A stretch of 32,000 nucleotides of DNA from Ignicoccus hospitalis KIN4/I (lineage in GTDB: Archaea; Thermoproteota; Thermoprotei_A; Sulfolobales; Ignicoccaceae): positions 930,001 to 962,000 of the forward strand of contig NC_009776.1 in the NCBI RefSeq assembly GCF_000017945.1, given 5' to 3'. A program made the position numbers and the translations under genes. Numbering within the stretch: the stretch's first letter is position 1; the number at the start of each line of letters is the position of its first letter. This document shows, in pieces, positions 25,649 through 32,000 of the stretch. The notes beneath the pieces were generated by a model that had not been told where the DNA came from, searched no databases, and was given only the letters and a program-made list of their open reading frames with translations.

Positions 25649-27104
25649 GATTAAACGAAAGAGAACTGCAAGCTTGTACTGTGCTAGCTGGGCCGGAGAG
25701 CTCAGTTGCTCGATTAAACGAAAGAGAACTGCAAGACTTGGTTGACGACCTCGTCGAGCTTGTCGTACGCTTGGATTAAACGAAAGAGAACTGCAAGATG
25801 TCGTCACAGTGAAATACATACACCTTCTGCAAATCTGATTAAACGAAAGAGAACTGCAAGATGTCGTCACAGTGAAATACATACACCTTCTGCAAATCTG
25901 ATTAAACGAAAGAGAACTGCAAGATGTCGTCACAGTGAAATACATACACCTTCTGCAAATCTGATTAAACGAAAGAGAACTGCAAGGTTCTTTATCATTC
26001 CATTCCTGCCATACTCTGAGAAACAGATTAAACGAAAGAGAACTGCAAGCCGGTGCACCACACGTTTTCGCCTTCGACCTCGTCCCCGATTAAACGAAAG
26101 AGAACTGCAAGCTGGCGTGATGACGGTCGTACGATGACTATCCTAGAAGATTAAACGAAAGAGAACTGCAAGAGAGCACTATCGAACAGATAGACCTCAA
26201 CGTTTTCAGGATTAAACAAAAGAGAACTGCAAGTGCTAATCTGTTCCAAGGGAACGTCGACGCCATGGCGAAGATTAAACGAAAGAGAACTGCAAGTGGG
26301 TTCTTTCTGCCACCACCGCACACACCTCATGAGCGATTAAACGAAAGAGAACTGCAAGCTAGTGTACGCTTCACCGTGTGAAGACATAATGAGCAGGATT
26401 AAACGAAAGAGAACTGCAAGCTTTGCATTTCCTTCGGCAATGTAGCTCGCTATCGCGATTAAACGAAAGAGAACTGCAAGCGAGGGAATGAGCGGAGGGA
26501 AGCGGGATGAGGAGCGAGGATTAAACGAAAGAGAACTGCAAGATTAGAAGCACCACATGAACGAATCGGTGTGCATCAGGGATTAAACGAAAGAGAACTG
26601 CAAGTATGAATAACGGGTCCTCGATTACTTCTGGGTTGTCTGATTAAACGAAAGAGAACTGCAAGCAATGGCTTACCCAACACGGCCTGAGCGAAGAGGT
26701 CCTTGATTAAACGAAAGAGAACTGCAAGTTTGTCGAGCTCTTGCCAGGATAGACTAGGACAACCGGATTAAACGAAAGAGAACTGCAAGGGGTCTGCTGG
26801 CAGATCGGCGATGTCATCGCAATGGTAGATTAAACGAAAGAGAACTGCAAGTGAATGGCGGGTGCGGGAGATGGTTGAGGAGAAGATGGTAGTGATTAAA
26901 CGAAAGAGAACTGCAGGTAAGTAATATTCTATTAGCATCTTCTTCAAGTTTTCAGATTAAACGAAAGAGAACTGCAAGTATAAGGGCTATGGCATGATGG
27001 TAATGATGATAATGAGATTAAACGAAAAAGAACTGCAAGTCCATATCTACGCCCTTGTCATACATTTCCAAGGCCTTGAAGATTAAACGATAGAAAAGCG
27101 TAAG
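25649..27104 (+). CRISPR. CRISPR array 2: 24-bp repeat GATTAAACGAAAGAGAACTGCAAG, 24 repeats (last at 27081-27104 degenerate), 23 spacers
   Basis: Repeat starts at 25649, 25712, 25774, 25837, 25900, 25963, 26026, 26088, 26149, 26210, 26273, 26335, 26397, 26457, 26519, 26581, 26642, 26705, 26766, 26828, 26894, 26955, 27016, 27081; spacers 36-42 nt; variants at 26210, 26894, 27016. Confidence 0.98.
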
Positions 27105-27274
27105 GCGGCTAACCCTACTAAAGCAGATTTTAAGACGACGTCACCGATCGTCTAAAAGTAAGTTAAGGGCGAACCGACCTATCGTTTTCCACGCTGTAAC
27201 GCCCGTTTGTGGTTCGTACGCTCAGTTAGGTCTTTGGAACGACCTCAGAGCTCTAAAATAGTCGCGCTCACTGG

Positions 27275-28750
27275 TTACTTAGATGCTATCTCCTTCACCA
27301 TTTCCTCGAGCTCGTTCAATTCGGCCTTTATTTGTTCAATTTTCCTCAAGAGTTCGTTAAGGTTCGGTTCCTCCTTCTTGCTGACCCTTCCTTTGAGCAA
27401 GCTCGCCAGAACCTCCTCAGCGTTAAGTTTTCCTTTAACGCTAACGCTTACCGCGTTCCCGCTGTCCGCGTCGACGAACTCAACGCTTACCAATCCCCTG
27501 GAGTCAGAGGTAGTTACCGAGAGCTTCCAATAGAAGGTCGAGTTAATTGTTGTGGGGAGGGGCTCTTGGACTTTGAGCGAGTCCCAAGCCCAGTTGGGAT
27601 GAGCCTTCATTACGTAGCTATAGGCCTTCGAAACCCCTATTTTAGGTTTGTCGAATTTGTAGACGTAGATTGTCGGTTCGGTGGAGGACGCGTTCACCAG
27701 TAGGATCATGTAAGCGGAGTAAGTGTTCCCAGGGGGTTCGGCGACGAAGACCCACCAAGGGCGACCCTCCTCGTCCAACAGGAGGTACGGTTGCGGGTTA
27801 TCTCCGACGTCCCTTATGGTAAACGTATTGTGAAAGAAGACTGCTTGGACCCAGTCCTTCACCCTCAAGGCGTCTACCCACCGCCTAGCTACCCTCTCCG
27901 GCAATGCGGGCACTCCGTAGCGGACCGCCTCCTCTGGCCTCACTTTCAGGATGGTCCCGTTAGGGTAGACGACCAAGTAAGAGTCGATGTAAGGCAAGGA
28001 TCCCGGGAACACGGGTTTGTAATCCACTACTGGCAACAGCTGAACCACTTGTCCGTTCAGATACACGTCGGCGACGTCCTCCCATACCACCTCTTTGCCG
28101 AAGGCCCCACTGAAAAGGCTCTCCAAAGCCAACGAATCTAAGAAGAGAGGGGTCAGTTTGTAGTTGTGCAGTCCCCAAGTCAAGTCTTGCCTCACTATCT
28201 TGACCTCCGGGGGGTAGGCGTCTGCGTAAACGAACACGGCCCCGCGGGGGTCCCTGAAGAGCGAGTTGAGAACGCCTTCGGGCTCTATGAGCCAATTATA
28301 AATAGGTCTGGTCCCGTTGTAGTAGACGTAGGTCTCTTGATAGTAGATCGTGTGCGTGGGTAACTGAATCCTGTCTATCGCGTACTTGTAGGCCGTTGGA
28401 AGGGGTATCAACCTGTAGACCCCCACTAAGTTCGGCAGCTCCTTCAGCTCGACGACCTTAAGGGAGTTCCCCACTTGGGAAATCGCCGTTACGTTTACCA
28501 ACCAAGCCAGGGGCCCAATTACTACCACTAAGTAAGCTATTAGGTAACTCAACTTAACCTCGTTCCCGGCCCTAACTCCCCTCGCTAGGTAGAACGCTAG
28601 CGGAAAAGCGAGCGCGGCGAGAAGGGCCCACAGGCCCGGCGCGGCCTTCGCAGATAGGAGGGCCGCGCTGACGAAGGGGACGAACCAGCCCGTGAGGTAG
28701 CCTAGGGCTAATAGGAACGGAAGCAAGGAGAGCGCTAACTTACCGATCAA
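27275..28750 (-). CDS. Predicted multi-pass membrane protein with extracytoplasmic domain and C-terminal coiled coil
   Basis: Several N-terminal TM segments, large Tyr-rich beta region, C-terminal LNELLRKIEQIKAELNELEEMVKEI; TATA-like gcgtttaaact upstream favours TTG start near 28750 over 28855. Confidence 0.7.
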   Translation of the reverse strand: MIGKLALSLLPFLLALGYLTGWFVPFVSAALLSAKAAPGLWALLAALAFPLAFYLARGVRAGNEVKLSYLIAYLVVVIGPLAWLVNVTAISQVGNSLKVVELKELPNLVGVYRLIPLPTAYKYAIDRIQLPTHTIYYQETYVYYNGTRPIYNWLIEPEGVLNSLFRDPRGAVFVYADAYPPEVKIVRQDLTWGLHNYKLTPLFLDSLALESLFSGAFGKEVVWEDVADVYLNGQVVQLLPVVDYKPVFPGSLPYIDSYLVVYPNGTILKVRPEEAVRYGVPALPERVARRWVDALRVKDWVQAVFFHNTFTIRDVGDNPQPYLLLDEEGRPWWVFVAEPPGNTYSAYMILLVNASSTEPTIYVYKFDKPKIGVSKAYSYVMKAHPNWAWDSLKVQEPLPTTINSTFYWKLSVTTSDSRGLVSVEFVDADSGNAVSVSVKGKLNAEEVLASLLKGRVSKKEEPNLNELLRKIEQIKAELNELEEMVKEIASK

Positions 28751-28896
28751 AGAACGTCTCCGAGAGACGAGCCTTCCCGAGACGTTAAATGAGTTTAAAC
28801 GCTTTCCGCCTCCCCAAAGCTCGTTAATCATTCTGATGGTTCCAACGAGGACCAACGGTACACGAAACCGCTTTGTGCGAATGAATTCATTAAACT

Positions 28897-28912
28897 GAGT
28901 GAAAAATCACTC
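28897..28912. repeat. Perfect small hairpin GAGTGA-AAAA-TCACTC overlapping the stop codon of the 28907-29158 gene
   Basis: 6-bp perfect arms, 4-nt loop; adjacent 12-bp palindrome aatgaattcatt at 28880-28891. Confidence 0.6.
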
Positions 28913-29158
28913 CTCCTTTATCACGTGGATGGCCAAGTCCGGGCACGTGTAGTCGCACAAGTGGCAGCCGGTGCACTTCGTCGGGTCTACCACCTCCACC
29001 ACCGGGTACCCTTGGTAGCCGAAGCGGTCGCTCATCCTGAGCACGGGCTTGTCCACCTTCCCAGCGTTGTACAAGTTGGTTATCGGGCACACCTTAACGC
29101 AGAGCTCGCAGCCCTTGCAGAATTCCTCAATTACCTCAATCCTCCACTTGGCCATCAC
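28907..29158 (-). CDS. 2-oxoacid:ferredoxin oxidoreductase, delta (2x[4Fe-4S]) subunit
   Basis: CKGCELCVKVCP and CTGCHLCDYTCP. Confidence 0.9.
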   Translation of the reverse strand: MMAKWRIEVIEEFCKGCELCVKVCPITNLYNAGKVDKPVLRMSDRFGYQGYPVVEVVDPTKCTGCHLCDYTCPDLAIHVIKEE

Positions 29159-29682
29159 GCCTCACCCCCTATCCGGAGCCCCTCTCTGAACGCCTTCACG
29201 TTCAACTCGGCCTTGTTCCCGAACCTCTCCCTTATTATTTCCTCGACCACATTCGGGTCGGCCAAAGAAAGCCTCGCCACCAGCGCGCCCAACATGACCA
29301 TGTTAGCGGCCCTCACGTTGCCCAGCTTCCTGGCTATGGAGGACGCCGGAACTTCTATTACCTTGAAGTTGCCCTCCGGCCTCTCCTTTATTACGTCCGA
29401 GTTTATGACCACCACTCCTCCCTCCTTCACCTTCTTTATGTACTTGGGGTACGTCTTAGGGGCCATGAAGACGGTTATGTCTGCGTACTCGAAGACCGGG
29501 TACTCCACGGGCTTGTCGCTGACCCTCATGTCGGCCGTACTCTCCCCCCCGGATATGAAGGTGTCGAAGTTCTGCACCAAGGTGGCGTACTTGCCTTCCC
29601 TCACCAGCGCGGTTCCCAGTATCTTCCCCATGGTCAGTATCCCTTGGCCGCCTATCCCGGTTATCCTCACGTCTTGGATCAC
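29155..29682 (-). CDS. 2-oxoacid:ferredoxin oxidoreductase, gamma subunit
   Basis: ITGIGGQGILTMGKIL, GGESTADMRVSDKPVEYP, NMVMLGAL. Confidence 0.93.
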   Translation of the reverse strand: MIQDVRITGIGGQGILTMGKILGTALVREGKYATLVQNFDTFISGGESTADMRVSDKPVEYPVFEYADITVFMAPKTYPKYIKKVKEGGVVVINSDVIKERPEGNFKVIEVPASSIARKLGNVRAANMVMLGALVARLSLADPNVVEEIIRERFGNKAELNVKAFREGLRIGGEA

Positions 29683-30545
29683 TTTCTCACCCCCAACATC
29701 TGGTACAAGGTCTCCACGTACTCGGGCGCCTCCCTCTCCACGAACTTGCCCACTAAAATGGGCTTGCCGAACTCTATGCTGGCCTCCTCCAAGGTTTGCG
29801 GGTCGTTGGGCTTCTTGACGGGCTTACTCATCTTCATGAAGTACTCGACCATGCTGTACGGGTCCCTGAACTTGTTGTACCTCCCGTAGAGCACCGGGCA
29901 CTGGGAGACCACCTCCAAGAAGTTGAAGCCCTTCCTAAGCGCCATCTCTTTGAACGCGTTCTTCAGTTGGAACGGGTGGGCTGTGGTCCAGCGCGCTACC
30001 CAAGTGGCCCCGGCGGAGGCCACCAGCTTTGGCACGTTGAAGGGCCTCTCCAGCCACCCCTTGGGGGAGTACTTAGTCACCGAGCCCGGCGGGGTGGTCA
30101 CGGTGGGCACGCCTCCGGTCATCGCTATGTTGAAGTTGTTCACCATGACGACGTTTATGTCTATGTTCCTCCTGGCCGCTTGAAGGGTGTGGTTCAAGCC
30201 TATCTGGAACAAGTCGGCATCGCCGCCGAACACCCAGACGTTCAGCTCCGGCTTGGCCAGCTTTATCCCGGTGGCGAAGGCCACTGGCCTCCCGTGGGTG
30301 GTGTGCATGGAGTCGACTTTGATGAACCCGCTTATCCTCCCGGAGCAGCCTATGCCGCTGACCACCACCAGCTTGTCGGGGTCGAGCTTGCCCTCTTGCA
30401 CGAGCTCGTCCATGGCCCTCAAGAACGTGTTCAGTATCGTCCCTATCCCGCAGCCGGGGCAGAGGCTGTGGGGGAGGGCCTCCGCCCTGGCCAAGGCCAT
30501 CTGGGGCATTCGCCTAAGCTTCCTCCTCGCCTCCTCCAAGCTCAT
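29679..30545 (-). CDS. 2-oxoacid:ferredoxin oxidoreductase, beta (TPP) subunit
   Basis: LCPGCGIGTILN, GIGCSGRI, HTTHGRPVAFATGIKLAKPELNVWVFGGDAD; ORF track start 30740 includes 65 aa of shadow sequence. Confidence 0.94.
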   Translation of the reverse strand: MSLEEARRKLRRMPQMALARAEALPHSLCPGCGIGTILNTFLRAMDELVQEGKLDPDKLVVVSGIGCSGRISGFIKVDSMHTTHGRPVAFATGIKLAKPELNVWVFGGDADLFQIGLNHTLQAARRNIDINVVMVNNFNIAMTGGVPTVTTPPGSVTKYSPKGWLERPFNVPKLVASAGATWVARWTTAHPFQLKNAFKEMALRKGFNFLEVVSQCPVLYGRYNKFRDPYSMVEYFMKMSKPVKKPNDPQTLEEASIEFGKPILVGKFVEREAPEYVETLYQMLGVRK

Positions 30546-31732
30546 ATCCTGACACCCCCCTCCTCCAAGATCTGTTCGGGCGGGATGGGGATCTCGCCTA
30601 TCCTGTACACGAACGAAACCTTCTCCTCGGGGACGACCTTTAAGACGTTGTGGAGCATCTGGCCGTAGTTCCACTCCACCACTATCACCTTCTCCGCCTT
30701 GGCCGCGACCTCCTTGAGCTCCTTGTCGGGGAAGGGCCACAAGGTCTTCGGCCTGAAGAGCGCTGCCTTCACGTCCTTCTTCCTCAACATGTTGACCGCC
30801 TCCTTAGCTGACCTCGCCGGGAAGCCGTAGGCGAAGAGCAGCACTTGCGGCTCCGGGTCCCCGTAGAGCTCGTACTCCACTATCTTGTCCCTGTTCTTCC
30901 TTATCTTGTCGCACAACCTCTTGACGAGCTTGTGGTGCGCCCAGGGGTCCTCGCTCACCGGTATGCCCCTCTCGTCGTGGGTGACCCCGGTGACGTGTAC
31001 CCTGTAGCCCTCCCCGAACTCCGGCATCGGGGGGACCAAGTCCTCCTCGGGCTCGAAGGGCTTGAACTGCTCCGGGGGCACCTTCGGCCTCTTGCGGTTC
31101 ACCACCTCCACCTTCTCCGGTATCACTACCTCCTCCATCAAGAGGACGGTCATCTTGTCAGCCATGACCAGCGCCGGAACCCTCCACCTCTCGGCGGCGT
31201 TGAAGGCCTTGACCGTCATGTCGAACATCTCTTGGACGCTGTAGGGGGAATACACCACGGTCTCGTAGTCGCCGTGGCCGCCCCACTTGGCTTGCATGAC
31301 GTCTTGCTGAGCGGCCTTGGTCGCTTGGCCGGTGGAGGGGCCCTCCCTCATTCCGTTTATCAAGACGACCGGGGTCTCCGTCATTGCCGCGTAGGAGATG
31401 TGCTCTTGCATCAGCGAGAAGCCCGGGCCGGAGGTGGAGGTGAAGGCCTTCGCCCCGGCCCAAGAGGCCCCTATCGCCGCCCCGAGGGCGGAGATCTCGT
31501 CCTCAGCCTCGAAGATCACCATCCCCTGCTTCGGCCCGTTCTTTACCATTTCCTCGGCTATGTCCGTGGCCGGCTCTATCGGGTAGTAGGCGAAGAAGTT
31601 GGCCCCGGCGGCGAGGGCCCCCATTGAGGCTGCCCACGCGCCGCTCTCGAAGTACTTGCCGGGCCTAACTGCCAACCCCTGCGACCCGGCGCAAGCTTGA
31701 CTATACGGCATATATCTGCCTATGCTCCACAC
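30542..31732 (-). CDS. 2-oxoacid:ferredoxin oxidoreductase, alpha subunit (start possibly TTG 31675)
   Basis: GANFFAYYPIEPATDIAEEM, SGPGFSLMQEHISYAAMTETPVV, GPSTGQATKAAQQDVMQAKWGGHGDYE. Confidence 0.93.
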   Translation of the reverse strand: MWSIGRYMPYSQACAGSQGLAVRPGKYFESGAWAASMGALAAGANFFAYYPIEPATDIAEEMVKNGPKQGMVIFEAEDEISALGAAIGASWAGAKAFTSTSGPGFSLMQEHISYAAMTETPVVLINGMREGPSTGQATKAAQQDVMQAKWGGHGDYETVVYSPYSVQEMFDMTVKAFNAAERWRVPALVMADKMTVLLMEEVVIPEKVEVVNRKRPKVPPEQFKPFEPEEDLVPPMPEFGEGYRVHVTGVTHDERGIPVSEDPWAHHKLVKRLCDKIRKNRDKIVEYELYGDPEPQVLLFAYGFPARSAKEAVNMLRKKDVKAALFRPKTLWPFPDKELKEVAAKAEKVIVVEWNYGQMLHNVLKVVPEEKVSFVYRIGEIPIPPEQILEEGGVRI

Positions 31733-31772
31733 ATTAAGCTCCGCCCTCCCCCGAGTTCGACGGGCGCCCGAG

Positions 31773-32000
31773 GTGGACGTGCTCTCCTTGGTTAAGGCTT
31801 ACGGGCCCGAGGAGCTGGCCTCCCGGATAGACCAGACCCTCTTGGTCTCCACCTACGAGCAAGCCAAGGCCTTCGCCGAAAGGTCCTCTAAGTACCCCTT
31901 TAGGTCCTTAGTGGGCTTTCCCAGGGCGGTGAGGGCCTTCAAGGAGGTCTGGAAGGGTAGGACTTGCGCGGTCGTCAACTTCCCCTTCGGCGAGTCCCCG
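31773..32000 (+). CDS. deoC: Deoxyribose-phosphate aldolase-like protein, truncated by window end
   Basis: Translated directly from GTG 31773: VDVLSLVKAYGPEELASRIDQTLLVSTYEQAKAFAERSSKYPFRSLVGFPRAVRAFKEVWKGRTCAVVNFPFGESP; IDxTLL and VxFPxG motifs of DeoC. Confidence 0.7.
   Translation, partial: MDVLSLVKAYGPEELASRIDQTLLVSTYEQAKAFAERSSKYPFRSLVGFPRAVRAFKEVWKGRTCAVVNFPFGESP

Noticed and set aside
25607-26137. ORFs with repeated CSSLSFN and IKRKRTARC motifs (25607..25945 -, 25742..26137 +)
   Set aside because: Translations of the 24-bp repeats of CRISPR array 2.

Overview
The window reads as a crenarchaeal chromosome segment. The gene content is consistent with an Ignicoccus-like organism, but that is inference, not a database match. 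The two outer parts (about 1-19.5 kb and 27.3-32 kb) are dense housekeeping regions: SRP54, Nog1, Taw3, TopVIA, Nnr, a fused 3-hydroxyacyl-CoA dehydrogenase/enoyl-CoA hydratase, KsgA, DUF655, a Sec61-beta missed by the ORF track, XPF, isocitrate dehydrogenase, THEP1, tRNA-Thr(GGT), a four-subunit 2-oxoacid:ferredoxin oxidoreductase and a partial DeoC. Between them, about 19.6-27.2 kb, lies an accessory island. It holds a RelBE-like pair, a DUF433/PIN-like pair, a decayed tRNA-Val(CAC)-like sequence with a long G-run, beta-propeller-like pseudogene fragments, and two CRISPR arrays with different repeats (26 bp, about 6 repeats plus 1 relic; 24 bp, 24 repeats). The arrays flank a very reduced cas locus: cas6, a Cas4-like nuclease C-terminal part and an HD-like ORF on the minus strand, with cas1 divergent. 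The most interesting sequence-level observations are: (1) the HD-like and Cas4-like ORFs would become one protein if a (CG)n tract at 24082-24090 changed by one dinucleotide; (2) the 24-bp array carries a tandemly triplicated spacer; (3) a full-length amidohydrolase-fold ORF has lost all recognisable metal ligands; (4) KsgA has SLPY in place of NLPY.
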